Source: a virus. From it: a stretch of 45,464 nucleotides of DNA. The DNA lies in the IMG/VR virus record IMGVR_UViG_3300006143_000028. The stretch is one strand, 5' to 3'. Of this stretch, positions 32,990-42,024 are shown one piece after another. The translations under genes and the position numbers were made by a program. Each line of letters starts with the position of its first letter. The stretch's first letter is position 1. The notes under the pieces were generated by a model. The model was not told where the DNA came from. It ran no database searches and worked only from the letters and a program-made list of their open reading frames with translations.

Positions 32990-33538
32990 TTAGGGGCTTT
33001 TGAGGGCCGCCGCAATCTGTTGGGCCATCTGTCCCATCACCGCAAGCTCCTGGGCGGCCTTGGCCTCCCGTAAAGCTGCCGCTCTGTTGCCGTCACTCTT
33101 TCGCCAGTTAAAGGCCTTTTGCCGGACAGGACGGACAAGCTCCGCCCAATAATGGCATTGGTCAGCGGTGATGTACTTTTTCTTAAAGCTGAGGTTGATA
33201 TACTGGAGCATGGTGTCACACTTGACCAGCACCCGGTCCAGGTCTTTCAGCCGCTCCTCATACTCAGTTTCAAAGAAACGGCCATCTGCGGAGATGCACA
33301 GTTCCAAAATGTCATTGGCGCAGTTGGCCAGCCGGTCACACAGCCGGAAAGTCTGGCTCTTGGGGAAATGGGGCTTGCCGTCATCCTTGAGCTTTTCGTA
33401 AAGCACCCGCTCCACAAGCTGGCCGTTTTCCATGACATAGCCCTGGACCCTCTTGTATTCCGCCTCCTTGGCCTTGACCCGCTGGTTGGTGTATTCCACC
33501 AGGTCCAGCGCCAGAGGGATGACGTCATAATTTGGCAT
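32990..33538 (-). CDS. avd: Accessory variability determinant (Avd)-like helical-bundle protein
   Basis: It sits directly upstream of the TR. It is basic and predicted helical, with FPKSQTFRLCDRLANCANDILELCISA resembling the Avd / 23S-IVS four-helix-bundle pattern. At 182 aa it is longer than canonical Avd. Confidence 0.5.
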   Translation of the reverse strand: MPNYDVIPLALDLVEYTNQRVKAKEAEYKRVQGYVMENGQLVERVLYEKLKDDGKPHFPKSQTFRLCDRLANCANDILELCISADGRFFETEYEERLKDLDRVLVKCDTMLQYINLSFKKKYITADQCHYWAELVRPVRQKAFNWRKSDGNRAAALREAKAAQELAVMGQMAQQIAAALKSP

Positions 33539-33540
33539 GG

Positions 33541-34278
33541 CTAAAACTCCACCCTTTGGTAAGTTTCATTCCACACGCCGGTCACCACCAGCCCGGTGAG
33601 GGCGGCAAAGGTCACGGTGAAAGAGTTGCCGGTGATGTTGGTGCCGTATTTCAGCTCCAGGACAGCCAGGCGGGCGTCAATGCCTCCCACCGTGTTCTGG
33701 AGTTCCGGGTGCACATCGGCAGCGTTGTCATGGGTTTCCACGGCGTCCGTGATGGCCTGCCGGATGTCCTCATGGGCGGCGGGGTCCGTGTTGTGCTCAG
33801 AAATAGCCCGCTCCAGGTCCTCCCGGCTCACCACGTCCAGGGCCGGAATGATGGTAAACTCCAGCACGGAGGCGTCCGCCACCACAATGTGCATGACCAT
33901 TGTGAGCCGTCCATCCACGCCGATGGAGATGGCCACCTTTTCCGTGTCCGGGGTGTTGCAGATAGCGATGAGCTCACCGGCCTCACTGAAAAGCCCCATC
34001 TCACGGCAGACGAAGTTGCCCACGCTGTCATCAATGACGATTTTGACATCCAGCATATTGGGCACTGTGGGGTTTTGAACGGCGGACACGATGGGCCCCC
34101 GCCACAGCTCCCCCACCAGGCTTGTTTGGTCCACCGTGGGCACATAGTAGCCCCCGCCGCCGTCACCGGCAGCGGCCTGGGTGATTTTCAGCTTTGTGCC
34201 CGCCAGGATGCAGGCGGTGATGCGGGCGGCCCCCAGGGTGGTGATTTTTGTGCCGTATCGTTTCTCTTGCTCAGGCAT
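33541..34278 (-). CDS. Tail fibre protein with N-terminal tail-collar domain (DUF3751-like)
   Basis: ITTLGAARITACILAGTKLKITQAAAGDGGG...REMGLFSEAGELIAI. The ATG at 34278 is preceded by AAGGAGGA. Confidence 0.7.
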   Translation of the reverse strand: MPEQEKRYGTKITTLGAARITACILAGTKLKITQAAAGDGGGGYYVPTVDQTSLVGELWRGPIVSAVQNPTVPNMLDVKIVIDDSVGNFVCREMGLFSEAGELIAICNTPDTEKVAISIGVDGRLTMVMHIVVADASVLEFTIIPALDVVSREDLERAISEHNTDPAAHEDIRQAITDAVETHDNAADVHPELQNTVGGIDARLAVLELKYGTNITGNSFTVTFAALTGLVVTGVWNETYQRVEF

Positions 34279-34909
34279 TTTCTTGGTCCTCCTTGTATGG
34301 GTAGATTTCAACGGTAGCGTGATACTCAAGCGGCCCGGCCATCTTGACGCCGCCGGCGCTTTCCAGCTCATTGACAAGCATGGGCCACACGTCCATATAG
34401 ACAGACCGCTCTGTCATGGCCCCCATCTGGATGGTGCCCTCCGATTGCACAAAGGAAATGATGAGCACCCACATATTAGAGGGCCGGACCGCCAGCAGCA
34501 GGTCCATGACCTCTGCCGCTATGCGGTCAGCGTCCGGCAGGATGGTATAGTCAAGCTGGATGTGGATGGAGTAGTCCACAATGGCCACCTCATAGCCCTG
34601 GGGCCCGCACAGGCCTTGGAGCCAGTTCTTGAGCCAGGGAACGGTGTAGGGCAGTTCACGGTTCCACATCGCTTTGACACGGGCTTTGCGGACCGCCAGG
34701 GTGTCCGTGTCCTTGGGGCGGATTTTCAGCTCCTGCTCCCACACGGACACCCCCCGCTCATCGGCGTCATCCAGGAATTGATTGGCCATCACCCGGTCAA
34801 GGCCGTCCCACGCAAGGGAGATTTCCGGCTCGTTGGCGTTGTTGATGGCCTTAAATTCTGTTACCTCCCGCAGCACCGGGGGCAGGTAGTTGATGAGCTT
34901 TCTATCCAC
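34271..34909 (-). CDS. Baseplate/tail protein, XkdU / DUF2313-like
   Basis: N-terminus LINYLPPVLREVTEFKAINNANEPE. It lies downstream of the baseplate J gene. Confidence 0.6.
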   Translation of the reverse strand: MDRKLINYLPPVLREVTEFKAINNANEPEISLAWDGLDRVMANQFLDDADERGVSVWEQELKIRPKDTDTLAVRKARVKAMWNRELPYTVPWLKNWLQGLCGPQGYEVAIVDYSIHIQLDYTILPDADRIAAEVMDLLLAVRPSNMWVLIISFVQSEGTIQMGAMTERSVYMDVWPMLVNELESAGGVKMAGPLEYHATVEIYPYKEDQENA

Positions 34910-36119
34910 TCACAGTCCCCCTCACTGGGATGCTGTCCGGGCCCAGCACCAGGTTTTCCTCTTTCCCGTTGATTTTTGTGCCGCCAATGTCCGTGACCAT
35001 CGTGGAACAGGCGGACAAAATACGGCTTTCAATCTGGGAAATGCGCACGGTCAAAAAATCGGAGCTGGACCATTGCCCGGTCAGCTCCGAAAAATAGGCG
35101 TCCAGAGCGCCCGTCACATAGCTCTGCACCGCCTCCCAGCTCCAGCCGGGGGCAAAGGTCAGGTTGAGGGTGACGTTGACGGGCTCCGGGGTCACGCCGG
35201 TCACATGGACCACATGGCCGATGGGGGCAAGCCCCAGGCCCTCCCCGGCGTTTTCCGTGGGGTCCACCGCCGTCTGCACCTCATCAATGAGGGTGTCGGT
35301 GGGGACGGTGTTGTTGGCGGCCAGCAGGACCAGCTTGACGGTGCCTCCAACGGTCAGCAGCTTGTCCTTGGCCGCTGTATATACGGCGGTCAGCCAGGCC
35401 GCCACAGCGGGCTCCAGGGCCCCCACAGAGGCCTCCAGCCAGGCTGTGACCTCATCGCCGGGGATGAGGGTGCTGGGCCTCAGCCCCTCATTCCAGACGG
35501 GGTGGACCTTGAGGGCGGCCACGCCGGGCATGGCAAGCACCTTTTCCTTGTAGTCCGCCTGGTTGCCGCCAAAGGCCTGGGATTGAAAGCTGTCCAGCAC
35601 CCTTTGGCGGAAAGCCTCTGTTTCCTCATCGTCCTCACCGGGCACCAGCAGCTCCACCAGCTCCGCACGGGTCAGCCCGTTCACATACTCCACGGGGATG
35701 AGATGCCCGGTGTAGCCGTTGCCCAGGGCTCCGGCCTTTTCGCAGGTCACCTCATGGCTCACGGCGTCCTCTGTGTCAGCCTCCTCCATGCGGGCGGTCA
35801 CCACAAAGTTGATGTCCTCGCAGGAGAAACGGGTGCCCAGCGGCACCTCAATGTTACACTCCGCCCGGAACACGGCGGGGCTGGCGGGCTTGGGGGCCAT
35901 GTTGCGGTCAGAGGCCCGCTTGATGAGGTATTCCCTGGGGGCGGTCAGCAGGTAGGTGGCCTTAAAAACGAAGTCAAGCCCTATAAAGAGCTGGGCCAGC
36001 TCCGCCATGGAGGGAGCCACGCCGTTGAACACCATGGAGCCCTCCCGTTTGTCAATGTCATTGGACACACGGGAAAGAGCGCTTTTGACCAGCACCTCAT
36101 AGGTGTTGTATTCAAACAT
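34902..36119 (-). CDS. Baseplate J-like protein (XkdT-like)
   Basis: 405 aa. Its position and sequence style match gpJ-family proteins in PBSX-like tail modules. Confidence 0.75.
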   Translation of the reverse strand: MFEYNTYEVLVKSALSRVSNDIDKREGSMVFNGVAPSMAELAQLFIGLDFVFKATYLLTAPREYLIKRASDRNMAPKPASPAVFRAECNIEVPLGTRFSCEDINFVVTARMEEADTEDAVSHEVTCEKAGALGNGYTGHLIPVEYVNGLTRAELVELLVPGEDDEETEAFRQRVLDSFQSQAFGGNQADYKEKVLAMPGVAALKVHPVWNEGLRPSTLIPGDEVTAWLEASVGALEPAVAAWLTAVYTAAKDKLLTVGGTVKLVLLAANNTVPTDTLIDEVQTAVDPTENAGEGLGLAPIGHVVHVTGVTPEPVNVTLNLTFAPGWSWEAVQSYVTGALDAYFSELTGQWSSSDFLTVRISQIESRILSACSTMVTDIGGTKINGKEENLVLGPDSIPVRGTVSG

Positions 36120-36530
36120 CTACACCTCAACCTCCTTTGAAAAGTCTATCTCACCATAGATGGTGTAAACGGTGAAGTTGGCCAGGACCGTCTTTTTCCC
36201 GGTTTCAAAGCTCCAGTTGCCCACGCCGGTGATGCGGTCATCCTGTTCCAGCGCCTCAGTTATCCGGCGTTTCATCTCACTCATGGCGTAGTCTTTCGGC
36301 TTGCCTATGAGGTCGGAAAATTCGGAGCCATAATTGCGGGAATAGATGGGGTAAGCGTAGCGCTCCACGTTCAAAATGAGATAGATGGCCTGGTACAGCG
36401 CCTCCCGTTTGTCCGTCATGCCGCTCACCCGCTTGCGGTCAATGTCCAGCTTGTGGGTATATCCCGGTTGCTCTCCCATAGCAAAGGTGATGAGGTCCAG
36501 GTCATCCCCCGTGGTGGGTAAAGTGGCCAT
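36120..36530 (-). CDS. Baseplate protein, XkdS / DUF2634 (gp25/W-like)
   Basis: About 136 aa. It shows synteny with XkdR/XkdT-like neighbours and a TAATG overlap with the upstream gene. Confidence 0.55.
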   Translation of the reverse strand: MATLPTTGDDLDLITFAMGEQPGYTHKLDIDRKRVSGMTDKREALYQAIYLILNVERYAYPIYSRNYGSEFSDLIGKPKDYAMSEMKRRITEALEQDDRITGVGNWSFETGKKTVLANFTVYTIYGEIDFSKEVEV

Positions 36531-36961
36531 TATTCTCTTGCCTCCCATCTGTCTAAAACAATGTATTTCTGCCCGCCGTCACAGCGCAGCAGGATGACTT
36601 TTTCCCCCACCTTGAGGGCATTGTGGACCCGCCACTTTTTCCGGCCTTGGTATTTATGCCGGTGGGAGGCAAAGGCGGCGTCCCCGGAGCCGCCGCTCTC
36701 GTTCTCCGTGTAGTGCGGCCCCAGGCTTTTGCCCGTGCCCTCAATGGTGGACATCTCCACGTTGAAGTCCCGCACGTTGTCCGTGAGGATGAGCTGGGGG
36801 TCTGTCAGGGTCTTTTTTTGGTCCACCATGATTTTGAGCGGGGAGGTAGAGGTCACTGTCCCATAACAGACGGCCACCGGGGCCTCCGCCCGCACGGCCT
36901 CCACGGCGGCCTGCTTGACCGCCTTGACCAGTGCATTGATGTCAAGAGACAAATGTACCAC
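36530..36961 (-). CDS. Baseplate spike/plug-like protein, XkdR / DUF2577-like
   Basis: 143 aa, called by synteny. Confidence 0.5.
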   Translation of the reverse strand: MVHLSLDINALVKAVKQAAVEAVRAEAPVAVCYGTVTSTSPLKIMVDQKKTLTDPQLILTDNVRDFNVEMSTIEGTGKSLGPHYTENESGGSGDAAFASHRHKYQGRKKWRVHNALKVGEKVILLRCDGGQKYIVLDRWEARE

Positions 36962-37907
36962 CCCGCATTTTCATGTCCATAAGATGCACGTTTTCCTTGA
37001 AAGTGTGCTTGACCTGTTCCACCATGAGGTAGCTGGAGAGGTTGATGTCCCCCAGGCCCAGGGTCACCACCAGCAGCGTGCCCGCCCGGACCCGTACATC
37101 CCCCAAAACGTCTTGGAGCTTGAGCGTCCGGGTCTTGGTGTTGTAGAGGCCCAGCAGGGCGTCCGCCATAGCCTTTGCGTTGGCGGTGCTGTCGATTTTC
37201 TCATAGTATTGCAGAACGCCCCACTGATTGATGTGGGAGCCGTCCTGGGCAATGTAGATTTCCCGCTTGCCCGTGTCCTTGTTCTCATAGGACAGCTTGA
37301 TTTTGTCATAGGTCTGGGAGGCGATGGAGCTTTTATAGTCATAATCACCGGCGGTTTCATCGTCAATGACCATGCCCAATTTCATGCTCCCCAGCGCCTT
37401 GAGGGTCAGCTTTCCGGCGTCATCGAAAAGCACATACATCTTGCCGGTGGCCTTGAGGGTTTCGTCCAGAGCGTTTTGGATAATATCAAACAGGGTTTGG
37501 TTGTCCTCCACACGGCTGGCAATCTTGTGGCCGGTGCCCTCCAGACTTCCAAGGTTGAGCTGGAAGTCCTCCGCCACCATCTGTATGACCTCCGTGGCGG
37601 TTTTGTCGGTGTAGACGTATGTGTCCTTATTCTTGAGATAATAGAGCTGGTCATAAACTGTGACCTTGATGACCTTGGGGTTGCTGCCCTTGCGGGATTT
37701 TTCAAAGACAAAGCCATAGAACATGGGGGAGCCGTCCACGGAAAAACGGCAGGGGTCCCCCTCTTGAAAGCTCAGGCCGTCCGTCTTTACCACCTCAAAG
37801 GATAGCTTGCCGGGCTGTCCCTGGCGCTCCCACTCTATGGTCACGTCCTCTACCACGGCGGGAAACATCGCCGTCCCGTTGTGCTGGATAATCAGCTCAT
37901 AGGTCAT
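36942..37907 (-). CDS. Tail/baseplate hub protein, XkdQ / late-control-D-like
   Basis: The ATG at 37907 overlaps the upstream stop (ATGA). About 321 aa, called by synteny. Confidence 0.6.
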   Translation of the reverse strand: MTYELIIQHNGTAMFPAVVEDVTIEWERQGQPGKLSFEVVKTDGLSFQEGDPCRFSVDGSPMFYGFVFEKSRKGSNPKVIKVTVYDQLYYLKNKDTYVYTDKTATEVIQMVAEDFQLNLGSLEGTGHKIASRVEDNQTLFDIIQNALDETLKATGKMYVLFDDAGKLTLKALGSMKLGMVIDDETAGDYDYKSSIASQTYDKIKLSYENKDTGKREIYIAQDGSHINQWGVLQYYEKIDSTANAKAMADALLGLYNTKTRTLKLQDVLGDVRVRAGTLLVVTLGLGDINLSSYLMVEQVKHTFKENVHLMDMKMRGGTFVS

Positions 37908-38545
37908 GGGATGGTGAGCACCTGCCCCGGATAGATTAAATTGGGATTGCTGATTTTGTCCGTGTTTGCGCTGGCAATCTTTGAGTATTCGGCCCCCTTG
38001 CCGTAATACTTGGCGGCGATGGCCCACAGGCTGTCACCGGCCTTGACCGTGTAGGTCTTGGCGGTGGGAGCCGTGCTGGCGTCCCGCTCTTTTTCCACCG
38101 TCACCGTGGCCGCCTGGCCGCTTTCGGCAGGCTGTTCCACAGTGGCGGTCTTGGTCCCGTAGGGCCTCCATTGCTTGAGGTTGACATCCACGGCCACGTC
38201 CAGGCCCTTGGTGGCGTCCTCCACGATGTTGTAGTCCTCCACGCTCACCCGCATATTGGTGTCGTAAAGTGTCCGCCCGTCCGGGGAGCACCGCACAAGG
38301 ATGAATTGGGTGGGCTCCTTGGAGGTCTTGAGCCGTTCCAAGGTCCCCAGGTAGTAATCCGGGGACCTGCCGGTCAGCATGGGAAACGTGAACGGCACCA
38401 CAATCTCTGTGAGGCCAGGTGTGCGCAGGAAATTGATTTCACCCTCATTGAGCAGAATGAGCGTTTTGTTTCTGTTTTTGACCTTGACAGTCAGCTTGGC
38501 CGGGGTGGGCATTTGCACCCCGGCCAGATAGCAGGCATAGCTCAT
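37904..38545 (-). CDS. LysM-domain tail protein (XkdP-like)
   Basis: C-terminal LysM domain: YTVKAGDSLWAIAAKYYG...NLIYPGQVLTIP. Confidence 0.8.
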   Translation of the reverse strand: MSYACYLAGVQMPTPAKLTVKVKNRNKTLILLNEGEINFLRTPGLTEIVVPFTFPMLTGRSPDYYLGTLERLKTSKEPTQFILVRCSPDGRTLYDTNMRVSVEDYNIVEDATKGLDVAVDVNLKQWRPYGTKTATVEQPAESGQAATVTVEKERDASTAPTAKTYTVKAGDSLWAIAAKYYGKGAEYSKIASANTDKISNPNLIYPGQVLTIP

Positions 38546-40872
38546 GCGTGCACCCCCTCAGCGGCGGTCAGCAGGGCCTCGGTAAAGCCGTCTGTCAGCT
38601 CCCGGATGACCCCATCCAGGTCAGCACCGCCGTCAATTTTGTTGGTCATGCCGGTCATGTCAATTTTGACCTCCGCCGTTGTAAAACGGTTGATGGCGTC
38701 ACGCTCCGCAATGTCCCGCAGGTATTCCAGCTCCTCACCGCTCACCTCCAGGGATTTGGCCATGCTGCCGGTGTTCCCGGCAATATCGGAGATGTCGCTG
38801 CCCATGCCGTCCATACCGGGGATGTCCGGGATTTGAGCCATGAGGTCATCCAGGCTCCCGGTGTCATAACTGAAAAGCCCGCCAATTTTGTCCTCAACAC
38901 CCTGGCCAAAAGCATACCCGGCGCTGGCGGCGTCTGAGTAGTCAATGTAGTCCATTTTGGACACATACTCCACCCAGCCGCTCTCATCCTTGACGGCCTG
39001 CTGGGCTTGCTCCAGCCCGGCGTAAAAGCTATCAAGGCCACTGGTGATGTCCACTGTGACACCGGGGATTTTGTTCAGCAGATTTTCAATTCCCGCTGCC
39101 AGGTTTTTGATGTACCCCACCACTGACAGGCACATATCAAGGAAAGCCACCTGGATGGCAGCGATGGGGTCGTTGAACGCATTGCCGATGAAATTGATAA
39201 AAGAGGCAAAGCCGTTATAGAGGGGGATGACCGTGCCGTTAAGCACATGGGCCCCCAAAACGGCAAACGCCCCAGTGATAATGCCGGTTGCGGACACGCT
39301 GGTCCCGGCAAAATGATTGACAGCGCCCACGGCGGCGTAGATGATGGCGATGAGCGCAATAATGGCCAGGATGACCCATGTAATGGGAGAGGCCATCAAA
39401 GCGGAATTGAACGTAAACACGGCAGCGGAGGCCGCTGCCGTGTTGCCGGTCAAAATGCCAAAGCCGATGGAGAGGAAGTTGACCACCGCATGATAGGCTG
39501 CTGTCGCTCCGGCTGCAATCCCCTGAGCGATTGCCACGCCTTGCGTGGCCGCCCAGTAGACGCCCAGCGCTAAAGCAGCACCCATCACAAGGGGGCCTAT
39601 CCAGCTCCAGTTGTCAATGATGACGGTGGCAACGGACAGGGAAACGTCTGCCACAGCGGTGAGAATTGTGATGATATAGCCCAGCACAGAGGCAATCCCC
39701 AGGGCGGCGGTGTTGATTTGCGGGAGGTTGCCTTGTACGGTTCGCACAAGGTTCAAAAATGCTGGGTAGATACCGGCTCCCACGTTTTCCTGAACATCTC
39801 CAAGAGCGTTGTTGAGTTGAGTAACAAGGCCCAGGGGCGTGTTGCTCATAGCCTCATACAGTCCGGCCCAGCCCTCATCAATGACACCTTGAATGACGGC
39901 GGCGGCCTGCATCTCCCCGCTCAAGTCCGCATATTCAGCGCCCAAAGTGTCTATAATCTGCTGTTCTGTTGCAGTGCCCTCAATGATGGCCTTTTGAGCG
40001 TCCGAAAATTCAAAGCCCTTTTTGGTCATGGCGTCATAGGAGCCGGACATGATTTTACCAATGCCGGTGGCGTAGTCTACCATTGCGGCGGCGTCCAGCG
40101 CCTCCCCGTTTGACATACCGGCAGCGTAATTCGTCAAGGTGTCCATCATGGACAGGATGGCGGTGGTGTCGGAGAAATAAGTGGCCAGCTCTGCCGCCCC
40201 CGCAATCATCGCCTCATCCCCATACATTCCTTGGCTTTGAATGTCCGCTGCCTTTTGCGCAATGGCGTCATAGGCGCTTATAGCCTGGGTCGTGTCCAAA
40301 CGGAGCTCAATATCAGGCGCACCCCCCGTCATAGCGTCAACGGCGGCGTCATACTCACTCAGAGCCCCAGTGGTGTCCAGGGTCAAAGTGTTCTCCAGTT
40401 CAGCGCCGTCAATCGTGTCCGCCATATCGGTATAGACATCTGAGGCCCCCATGTTGTTCAACACTGTGCGGAGCTGCACCTGAGCGCCGATTTGAACATC
40501 AGCGGCCTCCATGGCGTTGGCGGCAAAACCTTTGACGGCGGAAATGCTGGCATAGGCCCCCACGATGGAAATAACCTTTTTCAGCATACCATCCGCCGCA
40601 GAGGTGCCCCGCTCAATATTCCCGTTTAGTCGCTCTTGCTCTCTGGCGGCCCTGGCCATTTCGTTGGCCATCCGCTCAAAGTCAGCATTGGCCTCCACAA
40701 GCAAGCCACGGGCTTTTGTGATGTTTTCAACATCAATGGCCTGCCCAGAGGCCCGCTGCATCTGCTCAAAGGTTCCCAGAGTAGTGTCCAGCGCAAAGGT
40801 GATTTTTTTGAGCACAGCGCTCATGCCATCATTGAGAGATAGCTGTGATTTGATAGTTGCCACGGTTTTCAC
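38542..40872 (-). CDS. Tape measure protein
   Basis: 776 aa, helical and Gly/Ala-rich with internal hydrophobic segments. It lies downstream of the tail chaperone genes. GTG start with RBS GGGGAGGTG. Confidence 0.85.
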   Translation of the reverse strand: MKTVATIKSQLSLNDGMSAVLKKITFALDTTLGTFEQMQRASGQAIDVENITKARGLLVEANADFERMANEMARAAREQERLNGNIERGTSAADGMLKKVISIVGAYASISAVKGFAANAMEAADVQIGAQVQLRTVLNNMGASDVYTDMADTIDGAELENTLTLDTTGALSEYDAAVDAMTGGAPDIELRLDTTQAISAYDAIAQKAADIQSQGMYGDEAMIAGAAELATYFSDTTAILSMMDTLTNYAAGMSNGEALDAAAMVDYATGIGKIMSGSYDAMTKKGFEFSDAQKAIIEGTATEQQIIDTLGAEYADLSGEMQAAAVIQGVIDEGWAGLYEAMSNTPLGLVTQLNNALGDVQENVGAGIYPAFLNLVRTVQGNLPQINTAALGIASVLGYIITILTAVADVSLSVATVIIDNWSWIGPLVMGAALALGVYWAATQGVAIAQGIAAGATAAYHAVVNFLSIGFGILTGNTAAASAAVFTFNSALMASPITWVILAIIALIAIIYAAVGAVNHFAGTSVSATGIITGAFAVLGAHVLNGTVIPLYNGFASFINFIGNAFNDPIAAIQVAFLDMCLSVVGYIKNLAAGIENLLNKIPGVTVDITSGLDSFYAGLEQAQQAVKDESGWVEYVSKMDYIDYSDAASAGYAFGQGVEDKIGGLFSYDTGSLDDLMAQIPDIPGMDGMGSDISDIAGNTGSMAKSLEVSGEELEYLRDIAERDAINRFTTAEVKIDMTGMTNKIDGGADLDGVIRELTDGFTEALLTAAEGVHA

Positions 40873-40883
40873 CTCCCCTGGGC

Positions 40884-40921
40884 ATAAAAGAGCCGCCCTC
40901 CCGTAAAGCGGGGAGGGCGGC
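40884..40921 (-). terminator. Rho-independent terminator after the 115-aa moron, just upstream of the tape measure gene
   Basis: Minus strand reads GCCGCCCTCCC-CGCTTTAC-GGGAGGGCGGC, followed by TCTTTTAT. Confidence 0.6.
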
Positions 40922-40938
40922 GTTGGTCCTGAGCCTGC

Positions 40939-41286
40939 CTAAAACATGGACTGGACAAACTTTTTGTAAATCTTTTCGTCCACCTCAAGCAAGCTGTTTT
41001 TTCCGTCCTTGAAACGGACGGCAATGGTAACGGTGCTTTTGTTCTTTGCGGACAGGCCCGCCAGCATACCAACGGGCCCCAGCAGGGCGGCACCAACGGC
41101 CCCACGGGCCACACCGCTGGCAGCACTTTTGCGGGTGTCCTCCGTAACAACGTCATAAGACTCCACGCCAAATTTGTCCAGCGGTATGAGGGTTTTGAAG
41201 TCAACGCAGATTTGCACAGCCCCGGCCACGCCGGTCACGGATTTCCCCATGTAGTCACCGGCGATGACCCTATTTTTTGCGCCCAT
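40939..41286 (-). CDS. Moron-like protein with a glycine-zipper-type hydrophobic segment
   Basis: 115 aa with GAVGAALLGPVGMLAGL. It has its own promoter, RBS AAGGAGGA and terminator. Confidence 0.65.
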   Translation of the reverse strand: MGAKNRVIAGDYMGKSVTGVAGAVQICVDFKTLIPLDKFGVESYDVVTEDTRKSAASGVARGAVGAALLGPVGMLAGLSAKNKSTVTIAVRFKDGKNSLLEVDEKIYKKFVQSMF

Positions 41287-41317
41287 AAAGCAATCCTCCT
41301 TGGTTTCGGATGATTAC

Positions 41318-41347
41318 ATTATAGAGGGCACCGGGGCATTGTGTCAA
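41318..41347 (-). promoter_or_regulatory. Near-consensus sigma70 promoter TTGACA-N18-TATAAT upstream of the moron
   Basis: Minus strand reads TTGACACAATGCCCCGGTGCCCTCTATAAT. Confidence 0.65.
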
Positions 41348-41365
41348 GTGATGGAGCCTAAAAGA

Positions 41366-41991
41366 TTAGTGACGTTTACCACGCCTTGACGCCTTTGCTT
41401 TCAGCTCCGCCTCTTTTTTCTTTTCGCTTTCCGCACGGACCTCTATGGAGGCGATGACAAAGGCCCGCTCTTTGATGGGCAAGTCAAGGAATTTGGACGG
41501 CTCCCAGCCAAACTTTTGCAGACAGAAATGGGCAAAGTTGGCCTCCGGGTCACCGTCCAAAATCAGTTTTTTGCCTCATCCACCAGCTCCGTTTCATCCT
41601 TAAAGCCGTTGACCCGGAGGACTTCCTTGATGTAGTCCTCAAACTCACCGCCGATGAGCATAGCGCCCACCAGGTCCTCCGGCTTGGTCACGCCCCAGCT
41701 ATCCTGGAGGGCGGCGTCATTGAGGTCCGGGAACACGGTGCACCGGGCGGCCACACGGGTCTGGAAAGCGTAGATGTCCAGCCGCTGGGTCATCTGGTTC
41801 TTCTTGCCCGGCACCCGCTCCTGGATAAAGCAATCAGAGCGGATTTTGGCATACTCATCGGCGGAGATGCAGCGGATTTCCCACTCCACCGGCTTGCCGT
41901 CCTCCCCCACAAAGCGGGGGGAGGGGGCAAAGCGGGCGTTTTTGATTTCCGCCACATTGGGGCGCATAAATGCGGACAGGCTCTTACTCAT
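41366..41991 (-). CDS. Tail assembly chaperone GT-type fusion product made by -1 programmed frameshifting
   Basis: The slippery heptamer A_AAA_AAC (41566-41572) ends one codon before the G stop. The -1 frame continues ...KKLILDGDPEANF..., matching ORF 41366..41560. Confidence 0.55.
41563..41991 (-). CDS. Tail assembly chaperone (XkdN-like), G product
   Basis: It lies between the tube and tape measure genes. The ATG at 41991 is preceded by AAGGAGGA. The ORF ends ...GCA AAA AAC TGA. Confidence 0.7.
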   Translation of the reverse strand: MSKSLSAFMRPNVAEIKNARFAPSPRFVGEDGKPVEWEIRCISADEYAKIRSDCFIQERVPGKKNQMTQRLDIYAFQTRVAARCTVFPDLNDAALQDSWGVTKPEDLVGAMLIGGEFEDYIKEVLRVNGFKDETELVDEAKN

Positions 41992-42024
41992 GGTGTTTTT
42001 CCTCCTTGTAGTCATGCCGCCCTA

